Shown piece by piece: positions 19,175-28,129 of a stretch of DNA of 52,693 nt. The first letter of the stretch is position 1. Each line of letters starts with the position of its first letter. The notes under the pieces were generated by a model. It was given only the letters and a program-made list of their open reading frames with translations, was not told the DNA's origin and made no database searches. Source of the DNA: a virus (taxonomy: Duplodnaviria; Caudoviricetes); the IMG/VR virus record IMGVR_UViG_3300024332_000118, positions 1 to 52,693 of that record; one strand, 5' to 3'. Position numbers and translations under genes: made by a program.

Positions 19175-20956
19175 ATGCCAATATCTGGATATCTAGTTAG
19201 TGGAGATAATATAAGTCTCTTAACTAACGATGCAAACTATATAGTTAGCGGTGCTCCACTAAGTAATTTAACTAATGATGTTAATTATGTGATTAGTAAT
19301 ACAGGACAAGCTAATGGTGGCACAGCAGTTACAAATGTAGTTAGTATTAGTCAGGTAGATTATGATGCAATGGATCCTGCTGACAAGGTTGCTGGCACAC
19401 TTTATATTGTCCCTGCTTCACAAACAGGGTGTACTCCATGTGAAGAAGGTGGTTCTTGTTCGGGTAGTTATTATGCTTTCAACATGATGCCAGAAGGTTA
19501 TGCTCAAGAAGATGGTGAATATGTTGGTTTAGCTATGAGTAGTGTTCCTACTGGTTTTTTAACAAGCACTCAAGATTGGTGGCTTGCTTTTAGAATTGGT
19601 AGTATAGGAAATAGAGATGAACAAGCATGGACTATTGTTGATGGTGGTGCTCAACGTGGTGTTTCTTGGAGGCCCAATGGACAATACTTCGGATTAAATC
19701 AATCATTTTCATTTTTAATTAGTGCTGCTACAGGAACTCCAGCCTCTAGTAATCAGTGGTTTATATATCAGTGGGACGATAGTTCCGGCAGAGCAGATGC
19801 TTGGGTAGGAGGCGTTAGAGAACTAAACCAAAGCGTAATTGGTACTCCCCCTAGCACAGATACTACATCAGCAAGTTGGTTTAGAACTGTATACAGTAGT
19901 AATTACAATTATAATTGGCAAGGGTCGATATCAAATATAATGATGGGTACAGGAGCAGTTCTTACCAATAGTGAAGCACAGAGCATAACAGCAGATATGA
20001 TTACATTTACTGGGTTGCCAGCATCAGTTCAATCAAAAGCTACTAACGCATGGTCATTCTCAAAACAAGGAATAGTTATTGACACAGGAAGTATCTCACT
20101 AACTCCTGAAACAGGTGGTGGAAAAGCTGGCTTTGAATATATCAAAGGTCTATATGAAGCTCCTCTTGCTATCTTTAATGACGCAAGTGTTTCTGTTGAA
20201 ACAGGAACATTTACAACAACACAACTTTCTAGCTCTGTTACTAATCCCGGCAGTCTGTCTCTAACATACAGTAAGCTGAGTGGAGTATCATGGGCTTCTG
20301 CACCTGATAGCACTGGAGCCATTACTCTAAATACTACAGGTATTGCACTGGGTAGTTATTCTGGTTTTTATAGAATTACAGATGGAGATGCCAATACCAG
20401 TGATATGACTCTGACAATAACGACCACATCAAGTCCTACATTCTTCTCAGAAGATTGGGAAAGTGGAACTAACGGATGGACTTTACTAGATGATTCTGCT
20501 ACAGTCAACCAATGGGAAGTTGGAACAGCAGCATACAATTCTGGTACTCAAGGAGCCTACATTAGTAATGATGGTGGTACAACTAATGCCTATACCAATA
20601 CTGATGCAGGACAATGCCATCTTTATAAATCCTTTACCAGCCCATCAGATATTAGTGCAGGCGTAACTCTAAGATGGGATTGGAAGGGAGTAGGAGAAAG
20701 CGGTTGGGATAATATGAAAGTATATATCGCTGCCTCCGGTACTACTCCTGTAGCTGGATCAGATGTATCTTCGATGTATCGTATTGGTATGTATTATGCT
20801 GGTGCTGGTAGTTACACGACTACAACAGCAAGTGTCAGTAGTTACGTTTCATCAGCAAATACCGAATATGTGCTGATATTCTCGTGGAAAAACGATACTA
20901 GTGGAGGCTCCAATCCTCCAGTTGCCATAGACAATATCTTTATCTATACCAACTAA
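19175..20956 (+). CDS. Tail fibre / receptor-binding protein with beta-sandwich domains
   Basis: N-terminal fibre modules, LamG-like middle, C-terminal FSEDWESG...AIDNI carbohydrate-binding-like domain. Confidence 0.65.
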   Translation: MPISGYLVSGDNISLLTNDANYIVSGAPLSNLTNDVNYVISNTGQANGGTAVTNVVSISQVDYDAMDPADKVAGTLYIVPASQTGCTPCEEGGSCSGSYYAFNMMPEGYAQEDGEYVGLAMSSVPTGFLTSTQDWWLAFRIGSIGNRDEQAWTIVDGGAQRGVSWRPNGQYFGLNQSFSFLISAATGTPASSNQWFIYQWDDSSGRADAWVGGVRELNQSVIGTPPSTDTTSASWFRTVYSSNYNYNWQGSISNIMMGTGAVLTNSEAQSITADMITFTGLPASVQSKATNAWSFSKQGIVIDTGSISLTPETGGGKAGFEYIKGLYEAPLAIFNDASVSVETGTFTTTQLSSSVTNPGSLSLTYSKLSGVSWASAPDSTGAITLNTTGIALGSYSGFYRITDGDANTSDMTLTITTTSSPTFFSEDWESGTNGWTLLDDSATVNQWEVGTAAYNSGTQGAYISNDGGTTNAYTNTDAGQCHLYKSFTSPSDISAGVTLRWDWKGVGESGWDNMKVYIAASGTTPVAGSDVSSMYRIGMYYAGAGSYTTTTASVSSYVSSANTEYVLIFSWKNDTSGGSNPPVAIDNIFIYTN

Positions 20957-21005
20957 TTGGTGTATGTATAAGGTGAATATATTCACTTACCCATGAGGAA
21001 GAAAA

Positions 21006-21236
21006 ATGGCTATTTCTACAACAGATGTAATCACTCCTGCAAACACTGGTTCTGATAATATTAGCAACGGCAATGCTATTGTTCAGGTTCAAGCAGGTGG
21101 TCTTACTCAAGTTCTTAATACTGATTCTTATGTGACTAATCCAACATTTACCGGAGTAGAAGCTAAGTACACAGATAGATTTGACCAAATCGCATACTAC
21201 AATACTGTCAGTGGAATTGATGGTGGTGGTGCATGA
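21006..21236 (+). CDS. Small hypothetical (possibly virion) protein
   Basis: 76 aa, GAGG RBS, composition similar to structural genes. Confidence 0.55.
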   Translation: MAISTTDVITPANTGSDNISNGNAIVQVQAGGLTQVLNTDSYVTNPTFTGVEAKYTDRFDQIAYYNTVSGIDGGGA

Positions 21237-21727
21237 CTTACAAACCGGGGTATCGCACTTCGGAGTTCTGGTTTACATTGGTCAGCTTTTTAATAAGTGG
21301 GCTATTTTTATTCGGAATAATTAAAGACGACAGCACCAAAGACGAACTGATTGGTGTTGTCACCCACGCTGTAGAAAGTATTATCCTAATTGTTGGTCAG
21401 TTTGGTATTTTTTATAAATATTTATCTAACAGAAATAAATACAATAAAGACTACAACAGAGAGCAACAAGAACAATACGATACGATAGGAAGAGAATTGG
21501 AAGACTATGTTGGAGTTGACACATACTCTCAACAGATTAATATAAATGAAGCGAGCTTAGGCAAGCTAATACAACTGCCACACATAGGGCCAGCTTTAGC
21601 TAAAAAAATCTTGGATTATAGAGTAGAGAACGGATTCTTTCAAGATATTGCAGATCTCAGGTTCGTTAATGGTATTGGCGAGCAAACTTACAAAGATATA
21701 GAACAATACATTACAGTAGGAGAATAA
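21233..21727 (+). CDS. Two-TM membrane protein with C-terminal ComEA-type helix-hairpin-helix domain
   Basis: KPGYRTSEFW plus two TM helices; ININEAS...LPHIGPALA..I..YR...G.F....DL..VNGIG. Confidence 0.82.
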   Translation: MTYKPGYRTSEFWFTLVSFLISGLFLFGIIKDDSTKDELIGVVTHAVESIILIVGQFGIFYKYLSNRNKYNKDYNREQQEQYDTIGRELEDYVGVDTYSQQININEASLGKLIQLPHIGPALAKKILDYRVENGFFQDIADLRFVNGIGEQTYKDIEQYITVGE

Positions 21728-21728
21728 G

Positions 21729-22199
21729 ATGACTACCCGTGAAAAAGTAAAAGCAGAAATTGATAAGCTAATATCAGCTAGTAAAGAATCTTTAGGAGAA
21801 ATAAAATCGTTTGCTATTTCAGAAGCATGGAAAATTTTACAGCTTTTGACAGCAACCGTTATTCAAGTAATAGAAAATATTGCCACAGACCTTGCTGGTG
21901 AAGAAAAGAAACAACTAGCTATGGAATTGATTGGTGAATTTTACGATGCTATTTTTGATCGTATCGACCTTCCCATCCTTCCTTCTGCTTTAGAATCTTT
22001 ATTGCACGAATATATCAAGAGAATTTTAATGTTGCTTGTAGATTCGGCTATTGATGCTATGGTAGCGACCTTTAAGGATGTTGGAGTATTTGATATCGCT
22101 TCTGTTTCATCAGAAGGCGAAACTAAACAACAACCAGTAGAAGACTGCGTAAATGACTTTATAAAACATATCACAGAAATAGCGAGGGTAGATAAATGA
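21729..22199 (+). CDS. Hypothetical helical protein
   Basis: 156 aa ORF with GGAG RBS; GEEKKQLA motif. Confidence 0.6.
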   Translation: MTTREKVKAEIDKLISASKESLGEIKSFAISEAWKILQLLTATVIQVIENIATDLAGEEKKQLAMELIGEFYDAIFDRIDLPILPSALESLLHEYIKRILMLLVDSAIDAMVATFKDVGVFDIASVSSEGETKQQPVEDCVNDFIKHITEIARVDK

Positions 22200-22543
22200 A
22201 AGAAGCACTAGATAATTTTGGGGCAGGACTTAGTACTACAGATGTTATGCTTTATGTTGGCGTAGCAGTAGTAGTTTACGTCTTATTTCAAGATAAAATT
22301 AATGCTGGACTTAAAACAGTATTAGAAAAAATTAAGAAAGTTAAGGCTCCAGAACTTCCTATTGATACTGGGCTTTTTGATAATGACCCAGTAACTCAGG
22401 ACGATATTTTCTTTGATCTTATTAAGAGTTGGAAACAAACTAGAGACTTAGCAGAAGCCTATGGTGCAGATAAAGCTGTTGAAATCGCTGATGAAATGTT
22501 TCCCCACTTAGTCCCAAAGGATGAACAAGATGAGCAAGAGTAG
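22196..22543 (+). CDS. Single-TM membrane protein
   Basis: Hydrophobic MLYVGVAVVVYVLF segment. Confidence 0.6.
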   Translation: MKEALDNFGAGLSTTDVMLYVGVAVVVYVLFQDKINAGLKTVLEKIKKVKAPELPIDTGLFDNDPVTQDDIFFDLIKSWKQTRDLAEAYGADKAVEIADEMFPHLVPKDEQDEQE

Positions 22544-23015
22544 CTGGTTAGTAGTAGGCATAGCCCTAATTTGTTTCAGTCTATATAGTAATAATTCTAT
22601 TAGAGTACCTACCTTTCCTCTTAGTCCCGTTCAGGAAACTCTGAATATTCCAGAACCTAACGACGAACTAAAAGGGTTGGTAGAGCCAGTAGTAGAAGCA
22701 CTACAGAATGGTAGTTCTGATAGATCAACAGACGGATACAGATTAGCAACACTATATAAAGATATGGCTATCCTGATTTCAGTAGATAAAGATATATTAA
22801 AGTCTACAGAGTCAATTAGACAGGCTAATATTCTCTCTGCACAACTATTACAAATCGACCTCAAAGGGAAGTATGATGGTCTTGCAGCAGCGGCAAATAA
22901 TCTGTTTAGAAGTTATGTCTCTGAAGATTCTGTACCTTTAGATGACGAACTCAGAAAGAAGTCAACGGAGGCTTTTAACGCATTAGCATGGGGCTTTTTA
23001 GAAGGTAGCAAGTAA
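22521..23015 (+). CDS. Membrane-anchored or secreted hypothetical protein
   Basis: N-terminal hydrophobic helix, Pro-rich linker, helical domain. Confidence 0.6.
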   Translation: MNKMSKSSWLVVGIALICFSLYSNNSIRVPTFPLSPVQETLNIPEPNDELKGLVEPVVEALQNGSSDRSTDGYRLATLYKDMAILISVDKDILKSTESIRQANILSAQLLQIDLKGKYDGLAAAANNLFRSYVSEDSVPLDDELRKKSTEAFNALAWGFLEGSK

Positions 23016-23938
23016 TGAGATTTACACCACAAAAATTGTTTGAAGCATATCGTCAGGGCTTTAGTGGATGTCTTTACGAACCTCATATAACTGAGGAACT
23101 AATAGAGACTTCTAAGTATGGTTACTTTAAAGATGGGGCTAAACGTATTGCTGGCAGTGGGAAGGGTAAACTATCTACTCCTTTTAAATCTGCATTAGAG
23201 TTTGATAAAAACTGTTATATTGAAAGGCAGACCACAGGAGACTGTGTGAGCCATGCTACCCGTAACGCATGTGATGTCACAAGAGCAGTAGAAATACATG
23301 TAAAGGGAGACAGAGAAAGCTGGGTTGCAAGAGGTGCAACTGAAGCTATATATGGTTGTCGTGGTCATGGTGGACAGGGTATGAGTTGTAGTCGTGCTGC
23401 TACTTTTGTTAGTCAAACTGGTGGTATTCTAGTTCGTAAAAACTATCCCGGTGTTGCAGACTTTAGTAAATACAATAGCAGTGTAGGAACAAGATGGGGT
23501 TCTAGAGGTTTACCAGATAAAGTTATTGACAAAGCAGATGATCATCAGGTTAAGACAGCATCTTTAATCAAAACAGTAGAAGAAGCAAGAGATGCTCTTG
23601 CAAATGGGTATGGATTAAGTGTGTGTAGTAATTATGGATTCAGTAATAAGCGTAGTGCTAAGGGATTTGCTCGTAAAAGTGGGTCATGGGCTCATGCGAT
23701 GGCATGGACGGCTTGTGATGATACTGGTAGTGAGCCAGCCTTTCTTGTCCAGAACAGCTGTGGTAAATGGAACTCTGGAGGCCATCCAGATTGGGGTAAT
23801 ATCCCAGATGGTAGTTTTTTAATACACGCTGATGTGGCCGCTGCTATGTTAAGACAGAATGGGGCGTATGCCTTTAGTGATTTTAATGGATTCCCTCCAC
23901 AAAAACTTCCTGATTATGGATTTGACTCGTATCTCTGA
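23015..23938 (+). CDS. Papain-like (C1) cysteine peptidase
   Basis: QTTGDCVSHA (Gln/Cys), WAHAM (His), QNSCG (Asn; canonical NSWG). Confidence 0.8.
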   Translation: MRFTPQKLFEAYRQGFSGCLYEPHITEELIETSKYGYFKDGAKRIAGSGKGKLSTPFKSALEFDKNCYIERQTTGDCVSHATRNACDVTRAVEIHVKGDRESWVARGATEAIYGCRGHGGQGMSCSRAATFVSQTGGILVRKNYPGVADFSKYNSSVGTRWGSRGLPDKVIDKADDHQVKTASLIKTVEEARDALANGYGLSVCSNYGFSNKRSAKGFARKSGSWAHAMAWTACDDTGSEPAFLVQNSCGKWNSGGHPDWGNIPDGSFLIHADVAAAMLRQNGAYAFSDFNGFPPQKLPDYGFDSYL

Positions 23939-23946
23939 GGTGTAAT

Positions 23947-24096
23947 ATGAAATTTTTAGATAAAGTAGCATTAAATAGTCTTATAAAAACCATTACTAAT
24001 TTTATATTAGCAATTTTAAAAATGTTTGCTCCAAACCAAACAACAGACAAATCTAGAAGACCGTTAAGAGACTTACTCGATAAATGGAGAAAATAA
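23947..24096 (+). CDS. Small amphipathic basic protein (49 aa; absent from ORF track)
   Basis: MKFLDKVALNSLIKTITNFILAILKMFAPNQTTDKSRRPLRDLLDKWRK; GAGGTG RBS; exactly fills the gap. Confidence 0.6.
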   Translation: MKFLDKVALNSLIKTITNFILAILKMFAPNQTTDKSRRPLRDLLDKWRK

Positions 24097-24396
24097 ATGA
24101 AACCCGTCGTCACTACCCTTGTAATGCTGGCAGTCGTAACTTCAGTTAATCTAGAAAAAATATCTCCTACCGCAGCAGTCTGTTTAATAGGTGGCGTAAT
24201 GGCTACTGACGGAGATGAAGTGGCTGTCAAGTACAAAAGAAAAAACTGTCCAGTATGCAAGGGTAAGGGTTGGTATATTAGCGGTGACGGTATCGCTAAA
24301 GTAGAATGTGGTTATTGTGAACCAGAAAAAGGTCAACAGGCCACAGAAGAACCTAAAGACGACTGTTGCAAAACTGAAATCATTATGGAACAATGA
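24097..24396 (+). CDS. Small secreted-type protein with DnaJ-like zinc finger
   Basis: Hydrophobic N-terminus; CPVCKGKG ... CGYC. Confidence 0.6.
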   Translation: MKPVVTTLVMLAVVTSVNLEKISPTAAVCLIGGVMATDGDEVAVKYKRKNCPVCKGKGWYISGDGIAKVECGYCEPEKGQQATEEPKDDCCKTEIIMEQ

Positions 24397-25241
24397 TACA
24401 TTTTATTTGTTCGTATTTTAACTTTGGTAATTCTACTAAAATAAAGAACAACTACATAAAGTTTAGACGTAACTTTAAATATCCTATCACAACTATAGAA
24501 CTGGCTCTGCCAGATCAACAATTCTTTATTCACGATAGCATTAAGCTGGCTGTAGATTATAATAATATACTATGGCAAAAAGAGAGGTGCTTAAATTTAG
24601 CTATAGAAGAATCTAAAAGAGGCACTGATGCTATCGCTTGGATAGACACAGATGTTATCTTCGACAATCCTAATCTTCTAAGAGATACTGAAAAAGCATT
24701 AGAGAAATGGAAAGTTGTGCAGATGTTTGAAAAGGTTTATGAAAGCCCCACAGTCAATGACTTTTTTAATAATTATAGCTTAGGAAAGCAAATGGTCGAT
24801 GAACTAGAAATCAGCTATCCTAATATTGGTTTGGCTTGGGCTTTTAGAAGAGATGTTCTTGTGGACGATAAATTATATGATCTTGACCCAGTAGGAAATT
24901 CAGATGTTTTACAGCTTATGGCATGGTTAGGGAAGTGGGACAACTCATGTATCCTGAACCTTCTGCCACAATATAGAAAAGAGTTTCTGATTTGGGCTTG
25001 GAATAGCTATCAAAATGTACAATCAGACATAGGGTATGTTAAAGGCTCATTAGAGCATATATATCATGGTAAACAACAAGACAGAAGATATCGTCCCAGA
25101 AATCAAATATTAATAGACAATAACTATGTCCCTTCAAAAGATCTACGGATGGATCATAATAAGCTATATACTCTGCCGTACTGTCCTCAGATGGTAGAAG
25201 ATATTAGGCAGTATTTTAATCTTCGCTCACAGAGCGAATGA
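24393..25241 (+). CDS. Putative GT-A glycosyltransferase
   Basis: WQKERCLN, AWIDTD (DxD), HIYHG. Confidence 0.7.
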   Translation: MIHFICSYFNFGNSTKIKNNYIKFRRNFKYPITTIELALPDQQFFIHDSIKLAVDYNNILWQKERCLNLAIEESKRGTDAIAWIDTDVIFDNPNLLRDTEKALEKWKVVQMFEKVYESPTVNDFFNNYSLGKQMVDELEISYPNIGLAWAFRRDVLVDDKLYDLDPVGNSDVLQLMAWLGKWDNSCILNLLPQYRKEFLIWAWNSYQNVQSDIGYVKGSLEHIYHGKQQDRRYRPRNQILIDNNYVPSKDLRMDHNKLYTLPYCPQMVEDIRQYFNLRSQSE

Positions 25242-25286
25242 TGGTGTATTTATAATTGTTTCATCCTCTTTCTAATGGGTATTATT

Positions 25287-25682
25287 ATGAGTAGTGTTGA
25301 TGTTAAAAAGTATGTTGCGGAAAAAATTCTATCCAAAACATCTATAGACCCTGATCAAAAGTTCGGTAGTATTATTGCTCTTTTAATGGTTATCAGTATC
25401 TGTATTACTGCCATTAGAGTAGTTCAAGAATGCGAAAAGAAAAGAACGAAAGATTTTAGTTGCGAAGATCGCTGTACATATTTTACAGAAAAGTTTAAAT
25501 ATCTTGGATTAAAGAGAGGTTGGTTCAGTCTATTGAGACTTAAAAAAATCATTAGACAACACATGGATATTGAAGACTATAGAGAGTACAAGAACGAATT
25601 AGCAGAGGCTATTTTAGACACTAGTGTCACACTAACAGAAGCAGAAACACACGTTTTTATGGAGGCAGCAGATAATGTTTAG
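25287..25682 (+). CDS. Single-TM hypothetical protein
   Basis: FGSIIALLMVISICITAI hydrophobic helix. Confidence 0.6.
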   Translation: MSSVDVKKYVAEKILSKTSIDPDQKFGSIIALLMVISICITAIRVVQECEKKRTKDFSCEDRCTYFTEKFKYLGLKRGWFSLLRLKKIIRQHMDIEDYREYKNELAEAILDTSVTLTEAETHVFMEAADNV

Positions 25683-25923
25683 TATTTTAATATGGTGCGT
25701 ATACGGAATCATAGTAGGGTCTATTGCTAAAAGCATTGTACCCGGTGAAGAAAGATTTGGATTTTTTCAAACTATTGCATTGGGTGTAGCTGGCTCGTAC
25801 ATGGGAGGTGCTGTAGCTTACTTACTAGGGATGGAAAGTTCAGTTAGCCCCGGTGGGATTATATTAGGAATTGGTGGCGGCGTTGTCGCTTTGATTTTAT
25901 ACAATAAAATAGTTAATAAATAA
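25675..25923 (+). CDS. GlsB/YeaQ/YmgE (transglycosylase-associated) membrane protein
   Basis: Three TM helices; G.IAK.IVPG ... LGVAGS..GG signature. Confidence 0.8.
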   Translation: MFSILIWCVYGIIVGSIAKSIVPGEERFGFFQTIALGVAGSYMGGAVAYLLGMESSVSPGGIILGIGGGVVALILYNKIVNK

Positions 25924-25941
25924 GACAACTAAGGATTTACA

Positions 25942-26928
25942 ATGAATTTAATTCAATGTTACCACCCTGATTTCAGTGGTGGAATAGGAGATTTTCTACG
26001 AGGTGCTTGCTATCTAAACAAGCTCGCAACAGAACAAGGATGGAAGTTCTATCTAGATTGGCAACATCATCAAATCGGAAGATACATAAGTAATGGAGAT
26101 GTAGAACTGCCTGATTATAATAAGTCTCATGTTTTAGATTTTGAAATGTTATCATTAAGTATGCATGAAGACATACCTATGAAAGATAGGTATGAGACAA
26201 TCATCAAAAGAATATGCGACAATGTAGATTCTAATAGTGATGATACTATAGCTGTTTCTTCATTCTATTTACCAGACCTATACGAAAAACATCCTCTGCA
26301 AGCTACAGTAGAATATCCGCTATCTCCTCTAGAGAAAGAATATCTACAATCACAAATTTGTATGTCTAAAGAAATAATAAATATATATAGTTTGAGAAAT
26401 ACATGGAATGAACCTCAATACGCCTTTAGAAGTCCTCACAGAAAAAAATATGCCACTGTACACTTCAGGATTGGAGACAAAGAAACCTTACCTTATTTAG
26501 ATAACTACTGGAATGACTTAGACCCAAAGATTCAAAATAACTATAATTTTCAACAGCCTAAACACGACTTTGAAGATATGTATACATTACTAATCAAACA
26601 CATGAATCATGATGAATACGATCATCTTGTGTTGCTTTCGGACTCTAATGACTTCAAAGAGTTTGTTGCAGAAAAGAAAAATGCAGATATTTTTATTGTA
26701 CATAATGAGAGTCGTCACACTTCATCAAAACCCGGACTATTAAGATCAACTCCTTATTTTGGATCACCTTTAACTAGGTTAGAGTTAGAGTCTTTATGTA
26801 TAGATATAGAGACAATTCTGTGTGCAAAGAAAAATTATTCATATAGTACTTACATTTGGGGTTCTGGATTTAGTGTGTGGCTTAGTAAAATTTTTAATGT
26901 GCCTTTTGAGGCTTACCATTTAACATGA
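25942..26928 (+). CDS. Fucosyltransferase-like glycosyltransferase
   Basis: GGIGDFLRG, VHFRIGD, LLSDS, SGFS motifs. Confidence 0.65.
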   Translation: MNLIQCYHPDFSGGIGDFLRGACYLNKLATEQGWKFYLDWQHHQIGRYISNGDVELPDYNKSHVLDFEMLSLSMHEDIPMKDRYETIIKRICDNVDSNSDDTIAVSSFYLPDLYEKHPLQATVEYPLSPLEKEYLQSQICMSKEIINIYSLRNTWNEPQYAFRSPHRKKYATVHFRIGDKETLPYLDNYWNDLDPKIQNNYNFQQPKHDFEDMYTLLIKHMNHDEYDHLVLLSDSNDFKEFVAEKKNADIFIVHNESRHTSSKPGLLRSTPYFGSPLTRLELESLCIDIETILCAKKNYSYSTYIWGSGFSVWLSKIFNVPFEAYHLT

Positions 26929-27566
26929 TGTATAAAGCTAATATAGTACAAACATTTATCTCTGCACTAGGGGCTAAGTCATATTTAGAAATAGGTACTC
27001 ATAGAGGACAAACATTTTTTGATATTATCGCAAAACATAAAGTTGGAATAGACCCTATGGCCCCAAGACTATTTCCAATCAAGGGTATTACTAGGAATAA
27101 TTCTGATGATTTTTTTGCGGAAAATAAGAAAACTTTTGATGTTATATTAATTGATGGACTACACTATGCTGAACAAGCTAAAAAAGATATTGAGAATGCT
27201 TTAGCCATCCTTAATTCAAAGGGAGTAATTGTAGTTGCTGACTTGTTGCCACCTAGAGAACATTATCAAGTTGTGCCTCCTGAACTTAATACTATACAAT
27301 GGACAGGGGATACTTGGAAAACTTGGGTAAGGCTCAGAGAAACTAGAGAAGATTTAAGCATGTTTGTGGTTGACGCTGATCTTGGTTGTGGTATTATAAC
27401 TGTAGGTAGTCAGGATTTATTAGAGAACGACAAAGAATTAAATTGGGAAAATTTTGATCGTTACAAACAACAATGGATGAACATAATTTCAGAACAGGAT
27501 TTTTCAGACAGATATGAAACCAGCATGGATAGATTATTTTCTTGCGACCGCGAAGCTAGTCAGTAG
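26925..27566 (+). CDS. Class I SAM-dependent methyltransferase
   Basis: YLEIG..RG, GIDP, FDVILIDGLH. Confidence 0.85.
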   Translation: MMYKANIVQTFISALGAKSYLEIGTHRGQTFFDIIAKHKVGIDPMAPRLFPIKGITRNNSDDFFAENKKTFDVILIDGLHYAEQAKKDIENALAILNSKGVIVVADLLPPREHYQVVPPELNTIQWTGDTWKTWVRLRETREDLSMFVVDADLGCGIITVGSQDLLENDKELNWENFDRYKQQWMNIISEQDFSDRYETSMDRLFSCDREASQ

Positions 27567-27978
27567 TCGTAGTCACGACATACATACCCAACACGGATGC
27601 GTAATTACAGATAAACAACACAGAATTTTAGGAGTAGGCTACAATGGTTTTCCTAAAGGTATGTGTGATAAAACACTCCCCACTAACCGACCAGACAAAT
27701 ATCATTGGATGATACATGCAGAAAGAAACGCATTATCAAATTGTGTCATAAGACCAGATGGAGGTATTGCATATATTACAGGACAACCATGTAATGACTG
27801 CATCATGGCATTGTGGCAAGAAGGAATTGTAGAAGTGCATATTATTGATGGTCATGGGACAAAACTATTTGACCAAGAAGCCAAAAACAGGTTTGATTTA
27901 TTTATAAAGCAAACAGGTATGAAAATCTACAAACATACACCAAATTTTTCTTGGATCAAGGAAATTAACTGGGAATAG
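27514..27978 (+). CDS. dCMP deaminase
   Basis: GYNG, HAERNA, PCNDC. Confidence 0.92.
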   Translation: MKPAWIDYFLATAKLVSSRSHDIHTQHGCVITDKQHRILGVGYNGFPKGMCDKTLPTNRPDKYHWMIHAERNALSNCVIRPDGGIAYITGQPCNDCIMALWQEGIVEVHIIDGHGTKLFDQEAKNRFDLFIKQTGMKIYKHTPNFSWIKEINWE

Positions 27979-28129
27979 TTTTACTTATGAGCAATTATAT
28001 TAGGTGTATTACAGTACATAGCAATTATCATTCTTCCGGCCCTTTTTACTCTAACCAGTGATTTATCCTCTATGAACAAATCATCTTTTACGGGCCACAG
28101 CATTTATTAGAAAGTTTTAAGGAGATAGT

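Noticed and set aside
16455-20956. Diversity-generating retroelement suggested by the Mtd_N-like domain
   Set aside because: No reverse transcriptase or template/variable repeat pair is visible.
13061-25939. AACTAAGGATTT repeated at 13061 and 25928
   Set aside because: Both copies coincide with the AAGGA ribosome-binding site in AT-rich context; two copies are insufficient evidence.
27979-28129. Canonical cobalamin riboswitch
   Set aside because: Only a GCCACAG resemblance; the conserved core motifs are not evident.
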